Shown: one piece after another, positions 44,802-54,068 of the stretch
Layout: every line of letters begins with the position of its first letter
How positions within the stretch are numbered: the stretch's first letter is position 1
Origin: a virus
Taxonomy: Duplodnaviria; Heunggongvirae; Uroviricota; Caudoviricetes
Virus record (IMG/VR): IMGVR_UViG_3300013126_000015
Coordinates: 22,818 to 86,817 of that record
DNA length: 64,000 nucleotides
Strand: one strand, 5' to 3'
Notes under the pieces: generated by a model
The model's input: the letters and a program-made list of their open reading frames with translations, nothing else
What the model was told of the DNA's origin: nothing
Database searches by the model: none
Translations under genes and position numbers: made by a program

Positions 44802-45464
44802 TTAGTTTTGTGTGATTGGATTATTTTTGATAAATTCCAGCATTTCTAAATCACGTTGTGCAGTATTTTCATCATACCACATAAAAGTATGATCCATTTT
44901 AAATTTGGTGGATTTCAATAGTTCAAATGTTTGTTTCTGTTCAACCATTTTAGCAATTAATGGCCAATCATCAATATAAAATCTATAATCCCACGAATAA
45001 ATAACAGGTTCATTGAATGGTTGATTATTTTTGTTACGTTTTCTAGCACCATAATATGTGTAGTATTCTTTTGCAATATGACTCCATGGTCCACCCTCTG
45101 TGGCTCCACCACTTCCAGTATGTCCCAAATATTTTTCTATCCCTTCCGAACCCCACATATCTAAGTGTTTTTCATATCTAACCCAAATTCTACCTGAAAA
45201 TCCTGGGTATCCACGTGGTTTGTCATTTTCACATTGCCAGTTGGTTACTCCTGATAATGGGCAATTATGGGTGTTGGACACATTATGATTGTATGAAACT
45301 TGCCACCTGAGTCCAACAACATTGAGTCCATGGTAGATTTTCCTATCGAATCGTGATGAGAACGTGTTAGTGTTTAAGAACTTGATCAACGAGTTGCCGA
45401 GTTCATCTAATGTTGCAGGTTCACTTCCAATCACATCTAGGATTTTTTGTTTTGTTGGGTGCAT
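44802..45464 (-). CDS. hypothetical protein (220 aa)
   Basis: ORF with consensus promoter upstream. Confidence 0.45.
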   Translation of the reverse strand: MHPTKQKILDVIGSEPATLDELGNSLIKFLNTNTFSSRFDRKIYHGLNVVGLRWQVSYNHNVSNTHNCPLSGVTNWQCENDKPRGYPGFSGRIWVRYEKHLDMWGSEGIEKYLGHTGSGGATEGGPWSHIAKEYYTYYGARKRNKNNQPFNEPVIYSWDYRFYIDDWPLIAKMVEQKQTFELLKSTKFKMDHTFMWYDENTAQRDLEMLEFIKNNPITQN

Positions 45465-45495
45465 TACTATGATCCATGTTATCTAAATTATCTCT

Positions 45496-45524
45496 AGTAT
45501 ATCATGGATTTGGTGTTATGTCAA
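45496..45524 (-). promoter_or_regulatory. consensus sigma70 promoter (TTGACA 45524-45519, 17 nt, TATACT 45501-45496)
   Basis: read directly. Confidence 0.55.
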
Positions 45525-45527
45525 CTA

Positions 45528-45968
45528 CTATTCTATGGTAACAGCAGATGAACCAGCTTTTTTTAGATTTTCTAATTCCATTTTAAGACGTTCGATTTCT
45601 AAACTATACAACGATGTACAATCCAATCTATCAGGTTCTTCACCCAATGGGACAACAATTCTAGCATAAACACCAATGTCTCCACCTGTACCAGAATTGG
45701 TGGAGTTTTGCTGTGTCCCATTATAATAATTATTGACTATGTTTGGTTGGGAACTATTCATACTATTAGTATTTTGTGTCCCAGTAACCCCAAAATCTAA
45801 AGTTGGACCTAAGTGTGTTCCTTGAGTACATGTAGTACCATCACGCGCACGTACAGAATCTCCACCAATGGAGTTTTGCGGAGTGGTCGGTAACACCATT
45901 ATTGCTGATACCGACTGGCAATATAGCAATAATATTATTGAGTAACTTTTGTGGTTATTGAAGAACAT
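45528..45968 (-). CDS. secreted protein with signal peptide (146 aa), Gly/Thr/Asn-rich
   Basis: hydrophobic N-terminus; GC-richer codons. Confidence 0.4.
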   Translation of the reverse strand: MFFNNHKSYSIILLLYCQSVSAIMVLPTTPQNSIGGDSVRARDGTTCTQGTHLGPTLDFGVTGTQNTNSMNSSQPNIVNNYYNGTQQNSTNSGTGGDIGVYARIVVPLGEEPDRLDCTSLYSLEIERLKMELENLKKAGSSAVTIE

Positions 45969-46318
45969 GTACGTAATCTCATTGATTGGGAATCTTTAAG
46001 TACTGCACATATATAATAATGGGCATCTTCCTTGACTACAATATCAACTGGAATTATTCGTTCTTGTTCTTTGCCAAGTGCAAATTCGGTAATAATTTTA
46101 TCTTCATTTTTTTGAAGATCTATAGCTTTTACAAATTCTATATTAGCATTTTCAAAATGCCCATATATTTTAAATTGTATAGCTGATTTTGTACCTACTG
46201 CACCAGCTGCAGTTACTTTATTAGGAAATATGCTGACTGCATTGGCAGATGACATGGAGAATAATAATGCGATTATAATAGATATTTTTTTCATAGTGGT
46301 CCTTATTGAGGGGTCCAA
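45935..46318 (-). CDS. secreted periplasmic protein (signal MKKISIIIALLFSMSSANA), possible pilus-chaperone-like N-domain
   Basis: signal peptide; beta-rich. Confidence 0.35.
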   Translation of the reverse strand: MDPSIRTTMKKISIIIALLFSMSSANAVSIFPNKVTAAGAVGTKSAIQFKIYGHFENANIEFVKAIDLQKNEDKIITEFALGKEQERIIPVDIVVKEDAHYYICAVLKDSQSMRLRTCSSITTKVTQ

Positions 46319-46383
46319 ATAAGTGAGAGAAATACTGGACCAATATTGTTCGGGCTGCAGACCCTATCTCTCACTAAACTAAA

Positions 46384-46908
46384 TTACAGTGTGCAGCTTA
46401 CTGGAATATGTAATGTATATGCGCCAGCAGGGAATGCTGAACCATCTGCACGAGTTACTGCTGCATTAACAGAGAAATTATATGAACCACCATTGAAATA
46501 GAAAGTATTATTAGCAGCACTTGGACCAAATTGGCTTACTGCAACACCTAATAAATCGGTACCGTTACCAACGGCATCAGTTGAAACAACAGCATCGGTT
46601 AAGATACCATTAGGACCAACGATTTGCGCAGCACCTAATGGCAATGTATAACCATCAATGTTAGCTCTTAAATCGACGGATGCTGGTGATCCACCTGCAT
46701 TTAAAGATGATAATTGAGTTTGATCACCATTAGCGGTAATTGTACCATCAATAAAATTGCCCAAGTTACAACTTGGTAAGACTGTACCATTGAATTTCAA
46801 TTCACCGGAAGTTACACCACCAGTTAATGGTGCGAAGATAGCAGCATAAGATGCTGATGTTAACACTGTAAACAACAATGTACTTGCAAAAAAAGATTTA
46901 TTAAACAT
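46384..46908 (-). CDS. secreted SCPU (spore coat U / Csu-type pilin)-like protein
   Basis: signal peptide, Cys near N-term (PSCNLG) and C-terminal Cys (PVSCTL), Gly/Ala/Thr-rich beta pattern; GGAGAA SD. Confidence 0.4.
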   Translation of the reverse strand: MFNKSFFASTLLFTVLTSASYAAIFAPLTGGVTSGELKFNGTVLPSCNLGNFIDGTITANGDQTQLSSLNAGGSPASVDLRANIDGYTLPLGAAQIVGPNGILTDAVVSTDAVGNGTDLLGVAVSQFGPSAANNTFYFNGGSYNFSVNAAVTRADGSAFPAGAYTLHIPVSCTL

Positions 46909-46934
46909 TTATTATTCTCCTGAAAAATGCAAAG

Positions 46935-46950
46935 TGTGATTCATATCACA
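46935..46950. promoter_or_regulatory. palindromic CRP/FNR-like site TGTGA-N6-TCACA
   Basis: exact TGTGAttcataTCACA, 27-42 nt upstream of ATG 46908. Confidence 0.4.
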
Positions 46951-46976
46951 TTAGTATTTATTACAAATTGCAAAAA

Positions 46977-47004
46977 AATAGAAAAATACTAGGTTTTTTC
47001 TATT
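46977..47004 (-). terminator. hairpin AATAGAAAAA-N8-TTTTTCTATT with U-run on minus strand
   Basis: 10-bp perfect inverted repeat. Confidence 0.45.
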
Positions 47005-47076
47005 TTGAAAATGGAAAAAATGGAAGATAATATGTGTTAGATTTATGTAGCGGTTATTGGTGTGTTGGTTGCTATA

Positions 47077-47265
47077 TCATGCCCTTCGTAATGATGGTTT
47101 ATATGGCTTAGGATTATCTGCATCATCATCTGTTATTATGATAACTCCATCATCTTCTGATATACTAATCTCTTTGATGTGAAATCTATTAAACCCAGCT
47201 TGAATGTATACATCATCATTTAAATCATAATTACGTAAATGTTCTATTAATTTTGAAATTTTCAT
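47077..47265 (-). CDS. hypothetical small protein (62 aa)
   Basis: ORF. Confidence 0.3.
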   Translation of the reverse strand: MKISKLIEHLRNYDLNDDVYIQAGFNRFHIKEISISEDDGVIIITDDDADNPKPYKPSLRRA

Positions 47266-47335
47266 TGCAGTACCAAATATGTTTGACGTTTTTCACTTCG
47301 TTTTTTATAACAGTTCCCACCAGAACGGTATCGTG

Positions 47336-47551
47336 TTACAATGCCTTTTTTATAAGATATTTTAAATCTGGATCTTTATCATTCATTCTACCAACACCAT
47401 TAATTGGAATTCTATTCCAGGGTTGTTCAGTAGTTTTTAAATATTCCAGCAATAAATCTCTACGGAATTTTCCATATGGTATATGCATTATATGATGAAG
47501 TGTTAATGTCATGGCAGCCCCCGTTAAGTCATGTGCCGTGTATGATAGCAT
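47336..47551 (-). CDS. hypothetical small protein (71 aa)
   Basis: ORF. Confidence 0.3.
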   Translation of the reverse strand: MLSYTAHDLTGAAMTLTLHHIMHIPYGKFRRDLLLEYLKTTEQPWNRIPINGVGRMNDKDPDLKYLIKKAL

Positions 47552-47563
47552 GCTAGTGAAAAA

Positions 47564-47592
47564 TTGCCAAACGTGATAAATACACGTAGTAA
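47564..47592 (+). promoter_or_regulatory. sigma70-type promoter (TTGCCA 47564-47569, 17 nt, TAGTAA 47587-47592)
   Basis: read directly. Confidence 0.4.
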
Positions 47593-47608
47593 ATTAAGGA
47601 ATCTTATT

Positions 47609-48040
47609 ATGCTTCGTAATAATTGGGATGGTATAGACAGACGTAATCAATGGGATGGTAGTGATCGTAGACGGGCTAATCGATATGATGAACTGGATTC
47701 ACCTGTTATTGAACGTGAACGTATTATCGAAGTGGCACAGTCTCAATCGCAATCACCACAATCGTCGCAACCTAAATGGTTATCGCCAGGGATAACAATG
47801 CCTATCATATTTTCATTACTAATGTCAATCGGTGGTTTTGTATTTACATTGTATAATAAAGTGGCATCGTTAGAATACAAACAATCGACCATATTTGAAA
47901 AAATGGATGATTTAAAACAGACAGATCTTGAACTAAAAGGAATGTTCAAAGATCAAGAAATAGTTAAACAAAAACTATTGGATAGAATTTCTAGCATTGA
48001 AGAAACTGTAATGGAGTCATTAAGACATAAGCAACAATGA
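47609..48040 (+). CDS. membrane-anchored coiled-coil protein with WDG(I/S)DRR repeats (143 aa); track start 47564 is TTG
   Basis: AAGGA SD before ATG 47609; one TM segment. Confidence 0.45.
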   Translation: MLRNNWDGIDRRNQWDGSDRRRANRYDELDSPVIERERIIEVAQSQSQSPQSSQPKWLSPGITMPIIFSLLMSIGGFVFTLYNKVASLEYKQSTIFEKMDDLKQTDLELKGMFKDQEIVKQKLLDRISSIEETVMESLRHKQQ

Positions 48041-48477
48041 AAATTTTAATGTCATATATTTTCGTAATAGTGACGTTTATTTCCACTAAGATTTCTGCAG
48101 AACCAACCACAGTTGTATCACATCCATGGGTCTATGAAACTAATTTATCAAGATATGATTTAGTTCGGATATTTACTAGGAAAGATAATAGATGGAAAGA
48201 CGGTCATAAAATAACGGTGTTTATCAAGGGACAGGATTCACTTGAACATCGCATTTTTGTTATGGATATATTACAGTTAACCCCTTATAAATACCATTCT
48301 ATAGTTGATAGTGTAGTATATTCTGGTGAAACAACACCACCGATAGAAGTAGCAACCGATAGCGAGATGATCGATACTCTATCAAAAACTCCATATTCAA
48401 TTGGATATCTAAATTATACCGTACTAATCAGTGATGACAAAAAAATATCAAAAATTACTATTCTAAATTATGATTAA
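48037..48477 (+). CDS. secreted protein with signal peptide (146 aa)
   Basis: hydrophobic N-terminus, ATGA overlap. Confidence 0.45.
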   Translation: MKILMSYIFVIVTFISTKISAEPTTVVSHPWVYETNLSRYDLVRIFTRKDNRWKDGHKITVFIKGQDSLEHRIFVMDILQLTPYKYHSIVDSVVYSGETTPPIEVATDSEMIDTLSKTPYSIGYLNYTVLISDDKKISKITILNYD

Positions 48478-49576
48478 AATATTATCAGTTATATTGTGCA
48501 TTATATCGTATAATGCACTTGCAGTTATGACCGAATTTGCTGGGATGAAATTATACACAAACGGGTATGTTGGTTATAAATATGTTACCTCATCAGTCAA
48601 AAATACTACAATTCCAAGTGCACCAGAATTAGGATTAGAGTTATCACTTGATATCAACGAACATTGGTCAGCTTACACACAATTCGCATATGATTCAAAT
48701 GCATATAATTCTCTTGTGTATAGTTTTCTGTCATATGAACATGTATTATATGACGATCTTACAGTGAGAATAAATGCCGGAAAATTGCGACATAATACTG
48801 GGTTATATAATAATACTCGTATAAATCCACGGGCTAGACCAGGAGTGATAGTACCACAGTCAATATACTGGGATTCACTTAGCCATATCCTCACTAGCGG
48901 AGAAGGTGTTAATTTAACATTAAAATACAAGAATTTGGAACTTGGATATACAATAGATAATCCGGTGGTGACCGATCCAGTAACCGAAGCTACTATATGG
49001 ACTGGTCCATTACTTCGGTCAATTAATGCATCATTTGGTTCTCACCAAATGGCAACAATTAAGTACTCATTTGATTCTATACCACTAGAGTTAAAATCAT
49101 CATGGACGAAAATAGATTTAGGGAATGACAATTCACCTATGCTTGCATACATATTACCATCATATGCCAATAGTAATCAAGGGGTACAATTCATCACTAC
49201 TGGTGGAATTTATACCCATAAGGACTGGACGTTTTCTGCAGAACATCTATATTTAAAACCATTTTATACTAATTGGTTTACTGACTATAATTCACAGGGG
49301 TTATCATTTACTATTAGGAAAGAAATAACAGAACATGTCTCATTGTATACAAATTATAACCAATATACCACGAAACCACTAGTTTCAACTCCATATCATG
49401 AATATTCAAAAGATATTAATATTGGAGTAAATTATCATCAAAAGAATTGGATGATTGGGGCAGAAGTTCATCACATAAATGGTAGCAGATGGATGAATCC
49501 TGCTGATTATGTTAATAATAATTCTGATTACAAAGAATGGTGGATGGTTGGGTTAAACGCCGTTTATTTCTTTTAG
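48470..49576 (+). CDS. outer-membrane beta-barrel-like protein (signal peptide; C-terminal ...NAVYFF)
   Basis: alternating amphipathic pattern, aromatic girdle, terminal Phe. Confidence 0.45.
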   Translation: MIKILSVILCIISYNALAVMTEFAGMKLYTNGYVGYKYVTSSVKNTTIPSAPELGLELSLDINEHWSAYTQFAYDSNAYNSLVYSFLSYEHVLYDDLTVRINAGKLRHNTGLYNNTRINPRARPGVIVPQSIYWDSLSHILTSGEGVNLTLKYKNLELGYTIDNPVVTDPVTEATIWTGPLLRSINASFGSHQMATIKYSFDSIPLELKSSWTKIDLGNDNSPMLAYILPSYANSNQGVQFITTGGIYTHKDWTFSAEHLYLKPFYTNWFTDYNSQGLSFTIRKEITEHVSLYTNYNQYTTKPLVSTPYHEYSKDINIGVNYHQKNWMIGAEVHHINGSRWMNPADYVNNNSDYKEWWMVGLNAVYFF

Positions 49577-49860
49577 TTATTGCATATATATTGTATATGA
49601 TCAATTTCAGCTGAATATTCCGAATTCAATGTATCTAGTATTGTTCTTTTATCTAGTCCAAAAAATCTAAATAATTCATGATTCATTGCCATATTACATA
49701 TTCGGTAAGAAATGTCATTTCTTCCCCATAATACTTTATGAACTGAAAGCTCAGATTCTAGTTGACTAAATGCCTCCAATATAATTTCATGTATAACAAT
49801 ATCATCTAAGTATAATGATTGTGCGGCTGATTTGGGAGTAATATTTGACATGTTGATCAT
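49573..49860 (-). CDS. hypothetical protein (95 aa)
   Basis: ORF. Confidence 0.4.
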   Translation of the reverse strand: MINMSNITPKSAAQSLYLDDIVIHEIILEAFSQLESELSVHKVLWGRNDISYRICNMAMNHELFRFFGLDKRTILDTLNSEYSAEIDHIQYICNN

Positions 49861-49876
49861 TTAAAAATAGTATTTA

Positions 49877-50083
49877 TCAATCCATCCAGTCTTTTCTGGA
49901 TCTTTTATTCCAATCTGAAACTGCTTCTTCAGCGGTTCCACCAAGAACAGCAGCAGTACAGATCACACAACCACATTGCCATACAGTTCGTTCACGATTG
50001 ATAGGATAGATTGCATCATCCAAATCATTTGCTGTGAATTTATGTTCACAAAATGGACAATCCTTTAATTCTACAGTAGACAT
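49877..50083 (-). CDS. Lar-family restriction-alleviation-like zinc-ribbon protein
   Basis: CPFC...C.C four-Cys pattern, ~68 aa. Confidence 0.4.
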   Translation of the reverse strand: MSTVELKDCPFCEHKFTANDLDDAIYPINRERTVWQCGCVICTAAVLGGTAEEAVSDWNKRSRKDWMD

Positions 50084-50319
50084 TATTTATATTTTAAATC
50101 ATAGTAATATTCAGTCGGAAACTCACCTTTTCTAATAGATCCACCATTTTTGTCCCATTTCATAATATGCTCAAATATAATACCATTTTGCAACGTCACA
50201 TATACTGTGCCATTTATATATGGTGATGAGTTATCCCATGAATGTAATTTCACAGGATACCCACACCTTGTTGTAAAAGTTGCGCTATGAAAATCAAATT
50301 CTGTTATTAATTTATTCAT
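50083..50319 (-). CDS. hypothetical protein (78 aa)
   Basis: ORF. Confidence 0.4.
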   Translation of the reverse strand: MNKLITEFDFHSATFTTRCGYPVKLHSWDNSSPYINGTVYVTLQNGIIFEHIMKWDKNGGSIRKGEFPTEYYYDLKYK

Positions 50320-50857
50320 GATGTGTTTTTTCCGGTAATGGTATATTTAACATTTCCATAATTAACGCATCCAAATTATAAACTCTACAGTTGTTAGTAT
50401 CCATTCCAACATCTTTGATTCTACCAGTTGTGTTCGTTTTGTTGCCATGCATATGCCCGTGCAGGTGCAATGACCCATGATGCTTACCATTCCAATATTC
50501 TATCGGATAATGAAACAGTACAATTTTATGTCCATGCATTTTCAGCTCTTTGTAATCATGTATCGACTCGAAACATTCTCTGAATGCTCTTTTTTCTAAT
50601 GGCGAATCATCATGATTTCCAACTATTAGGATTTTTCTGCCATTCAATCGATGCAAAAAATCAATGGTTGGGTTGATTTTACCAAAAGTAATATCACCTA
50701 GAATATAGGTTAAATCATTTGGACCTACATCTTGATTCCAATTTGTTTCGATTGTATTATTCATTTCATCCACATCTGCAAATGGTCTGCTTGTTGAGCA
50801 GAATTGCATGATTTTTTTGTGGTATATGTGGATATCCGATGTGATAAATGTGTTCAT
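50312..50857 (-). CDS. calcineurin-like metallophosphoesterase (GDxxxG, GNHD, GHxH motifs)
   Basis: ILGDITFG, IVGNHDD, GHMHG. Confidence 0.6.
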   Translation of the reverse strand: MNTFITSDIHIYHKKIMQFCSTSRPFADVDEMNNTIETNWNQDVGPNDLTYILGDITFGKINPTIDFLHRLNGRKILIVGNHDDSPLEKRAFRECFESIHDYKELKMHGHKIVLFHYPIEYWNGKHHGSLHLHGHMHGNKTNTTGRIKDVGMDTNNCRVYNLDALIMEMLNIPLPEKTHHE

Positions 50858-50858
50858 A

Positions 50859-51719
50859 TTAAGTGTCTAAAAAGTCTTGGACTATTTCCAGTCGATCTTG
50901 TTCAGAAGTTTCTAAAAATTGCTCTTTAGTAAAGTTCAAATGAATGAACTCTATCAACTCATGAAAATCTTCGTCAAATTTTTGTTTATAATTAGTTGAA
51001 AAAATTTCTTCCATTTTTTTGGTACGTGCTAAAAACTTACTTACCAAATAATAAGGTGATTTCATTTTCAACACTGTTGGTGATTCTAAATCATAAACTA
51101 ACCATCCTTCATGGTTGCATTTTTTAGTTTCTTCTACTAAATCACTGAAACGTATTTCTTTATGTTCAGGACGTTTTACATCCCACAATTTTGCCACAGA
51201 ATCCAAAAAAAGTTCAGGGTATAACTCTGAATTTAAATATTTAGTACGTGCACCAATTAAATATGCACCGAATTCTTCTGTGATTATATGTGGATCACGC
51301 TCGTCACATATTTCAAACATAAAAGTACTATTATGGTACTGCTTCAATAATGAACTCATTTTATCCAATGGTAAATTGTCTTTGGCCATTTGAACGAAAT
51401 CACTATCTAATGATCCAGTGGTAGATACCAATATTTCACCATTATACCATGATACTGCTGCAAAAAATCCATTTATTTTTCGAACAGCACGAACCATGTG
51501 GTTTCGATTAATGACTGTTCCATTTTCATGGAAATTGAATATTTTGGTGAAACCATATTGAACCACATTACCTGCAGCATCGTACACTGTTCCACGAGCA
51601 TTAACCAAGTTTGGATCTTCATCCCAACGATTGTTGTAAAAAACTTTGCGATGGTATTTATGGATTTCTAAACCATTGTCATATTTTTTTACTTTTACTA
51701 ATTCGTCATACTTGCTCAC
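50859..51719 (-). CDS. RNA ligase-family nucleotidyltransferase (Rnl2-like; KINGF motif I, FEICDE motif III, EGWLV motif IV, LKMKSP motif V)
   Basis: motifs in translation. Confidence 0.5.
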   Translation of the reverse strand: MSKYDELVKVKKYDNGLEIHKYHRKVFYNNRWDEDPNLVNARGTVYDAAGNVVQYGFTKIFNFHENGTVINRNHMVRAVRKINGFFAAVSWYNGEILVSTTGSLDSDFVQMAKDNLPLDKMSSLLKQYHNSTFMFEICDERDPHIITEEFGAYLIGARTKYLNSELYPELFLDSVAKLWDVKRPEHKEIRFSDLVEETKKCNHEGWLVYDLESPTVLKMKSPYYLVSKFLARTKKMEEIFSTNYKQKFDEDFHELIEFIHLNFTKEQFLETSEQDRLEIVQDFLDT

Positions 51720-51731
51720 GGTGTTCTCCTA

Positions 51732-51968
51732 TTAGAATAGTTTAAGTTTACACCATTTTAAGAGTCGTGTCAACCAATTTTCATTATTTAATTTTTTCCA
51801 ATTAGTTATCCTAATATCACACTGATACTCGGTTTCCATTATAGATATTTCTGCTTGAATTCCGTTAACTGTATCCATGTCATTAGGTGTTTTTCTAATA
51901 ACCCAAGAAAAATAACTAGTAGTCAATTTTGCAAAATGTTTTTCAAATACAATATAATAGGTATTCAT
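51732..51968 (-). CDS. hypothetical protein (78 aa)
   Basis: ORF. Confidence 0.4.
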   Translation of the reverse strand: MNTYYIVFEKHFAKLTTSYFSWVIRKTPNDMDTVNGIQAEISIMETEYQCDIRITNWKKLNNENWLTRLLKWCKLKLF

Positions 51969-52024
51969 GTTGTTCTCAATGCTGTCAATATATAATTATA
52001 TATTACACTATATAATCAGTGATG

Positions 52025-52231
52025 TCAACTTATTTGCTGTCGTAACAGTTGTATGTGTTCCGGTACTTCAGCATATCTATATGCTTTCTGCCGCTGTTCC
52101 AGTTTAAAGTCATTATCCCATTGTATTATTTTATATCCTTTAATATACTCTATACCAAAATATTCATGGTATTCTACCAGATATTCTTTGGATTCAGATG
52201 GTTTATTATTAATTGATATCCAGTTTATCAT
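52025..52231 (-). CDS. hypothetical protein (68 aa)
   Basis: ORF. Confidence 0.35.
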   Translation of the reverse strand: MINWISINNKPSESKEYLVEYHEYFGIEYIKGYKIIQWDNDFKLEQRQKAYRYAEVPEHIQLLRQQIS

Positions 52232-52533
52232 ATCGATAATCCGGTAATAATGTTATAATTATCAATTGCAGCTAGTGCTTTATCTGCACATAGTTTTTCA
52301 GATGCGTTTAATTGTTTATGGATAATATCATCAAATCTAATATCTGTCCAATATTTTACGTTACACCATGAATTACTATAAAGTGACTCTGTGAAATTGC
52401 TGTCACGCTTGTCAAAATAAAAATATTTAATTTCATTATAATCATCACCAAATGATATATCCTTGAATCCAAGATACCATCCAGATTCATCGGGTAATTT
52501 TTCACTAATATGAAACCACGTAGTAAATATCAT
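52228..52533 (-). CDS. hypothetical protein (101 aa)
   Basis: ORF. Confidence 0.4.
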   Translation of the reverse strand: MIFTTWFHISEKLPDESGWYLGFKDISFGDDYNEIKYFYFDKRDSNFTESLYSNSWCNVKYWTDIRFDDIIHKQLNASEKLCADKALAAIDNYNIITGLSI

Positions 52534-52982
52534 TAAGATTTCTCAATATATTGATTTTCTGACAAAATTATACCTTTATCACATGCCCATTTAAAATAGT
52601 CTGGATAATTGGTGAAAATAGTTTTTAATAGTAACCCTCTATACCTTCCAATATGCATTGATTGTAACAAGTATTCATGTTTATATTCAAATCTTTTTTC
52701 TGCTTTTGTTTTTCCGTAGGTGTGATGTTTTGGGATATCTCCCCTAATAAACTCATACAATGGTTCTTTAGGGAAGTCTTTCACTTGTTTGTTGAACCAT
52801 ACAGAACCAAACACCTGATACACACGTACCCATTTTGCATTATTCTCTGGTGATCCTGAATAACAACTCTCAAAACTATAATAATCACTATGGCCACCAT
52901 TCATAGACACGATCTGTAACGGTCTACACCAATCGGTGAGAAATACAACATCTGTATCTTCTAATATATCAATAGTCTTCAT
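52533..52982 (-). CDS. hypothetical protein (149 aa)
   Basis: ORF. Confidence 0.45.
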   Translation of the reverse strand: MKTIDILEDTDVVFLTDWCRPLQIVSMNGGHSDYYSFESCYSGSPENNAKWVRVYQVFGSVWFNKQVKDFPKEPLYEFIRGDIPKHHTYGKTKAEKRFEYKHEYLLQSMHIGRYRGLLLKTIFTNYPDYFKWACDKGIILSENQYIEKS

Positions 52983-53236
52983 GAGTATTTTATTTTCCAG
53001 AGTAATTCTTTATGTTCGTTGTTGAATACGATATTAATATCATTGTTAACAAGTATTAAGGTATAGTCACCTGGACATTTCTGTTGCATAATATTATACA
53101 CGGTATCTAACATATTGTCATCAAGTAATGCTCTGGCGAGGATTACATGAGATCTTAATGTTTGTTCCCATTTTGGTAGTTTATGAAACCTATCAAATAC
53201 ATCGAATGGATTCATAGGAAGTTTATAATCAATCAT
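52979..53236 (-). CDS. hypothetical protein (85 aa)
   Basis: ORF. Confidence 0.4.
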   Translation of the reverse strand: MIDYKLPMNPFDVFDRFHKLPKWEQTLRSHVILARALLDDNMLDTVYNIMQQKCPGDYTLILVNNDINIVFNNEHKELLWKIKYS

Positions 53237-53480
53237 ATTTTAGATGCCACCAATTCGCATATTTTTCATTTTCAAAGAATGGGTGTAATTCCATTGTCCA
53301 TGTTTGAGTATTAACTTTCCAATCTAATCTATAATTACCAGGATATATTTTTTGAAAATCTTCAGTGATTTTCATTATTTTAAGTTCTGTACTTTCTGCA
53401 GAACTGAATATTCTGTTGATTTCATAACAATGACGTAATGTATTAAGATATTGTTTCCATGGACTCATTATATCCCCCAT
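53229..53480 (-). CDS. family II-like small protein (...ANWWHLKYD)
   Basis: C-terminal motif. Confidence 0.4.
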   Translation of the reverse strand: MGDIMSPWKQYLNTLRHCYEINRIFSSAESTELKIMKITEDFQKIYPGNYRLDWKVNTQTWTMELHPFFENEKYANWWHLKYD

Positions 53481-53651
53481 TTTAATATGAACATTGTATA
53501 ATATCGTTCGTCATAGAATTGTATTTTTGCTAATTGTCGTAATCGCCACGTTGAGTCAGTTGATGGACCAAAAGTTTTATTACAATAAGCCAGCATTTCA
53601 AAACATTTGTGTCGATCTTTTCTATATTCAAGTTCTATTATCATTATTTAA

Positions 53652-54068
53652 TTATGGTATTATGTTGTGTGATAATATAAACCAATTATAATCTTTTTCA
53701 TTGACAAATGCGAACACCATAAAATCTATGCCTGTTAATGCATTTATTTCATCATATACGTCAACCACAGAAGAACCAGTATCACCCCATGAACGAAATG
53801 ACCGATGCCAATCAGTTCTCCATCTATTTTTACAATGTAGTTTACACCAATCACCTAATTGATCCACTGATAGATTATAATTTTTTGACATGTACACAAT
53901 TGCAATATATGGATAACCATGATAAAATTCCTTAATGGTATTAGACCTACGATTTATAAGTGGATCAACTGTTCTGTTATAATCATTGATTGTATTATAA
54001 CAGAATTTTTTTAATATTCGAAAAACTTTCCATTTATCAATTAATTTTTTTACGTATGATATTACCAT
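53652..54068 (-). CDS. family II-like protein (...DYNWFILSHNIIP)
   Basis: C-terminal motif. Confidence 0.45.
   Translation of the reverse strand: MVISYVKKLIDKWKVFRILKKFCYNTINDYNRTVDPLINRRSNTIKEFYHGYPYIAIVYMSKNYNLSVDQLGDWCKLHCKNRWRTDWHRSFRSWGDTGSSVVDVYDEINALTGIDFMVFAFVNEKDYNWFILSHNIIP

Noticed and set aside
46935-46950. Reading the TGTGA-N6-TCACA site as part of a sigma70 -10/-35 promoter
   Set aside because: No acceptable -10 hexamer lies at the right spacing relative to either half-site. It is treated as a CRP/FNR-type operator rather than a core promoter element.
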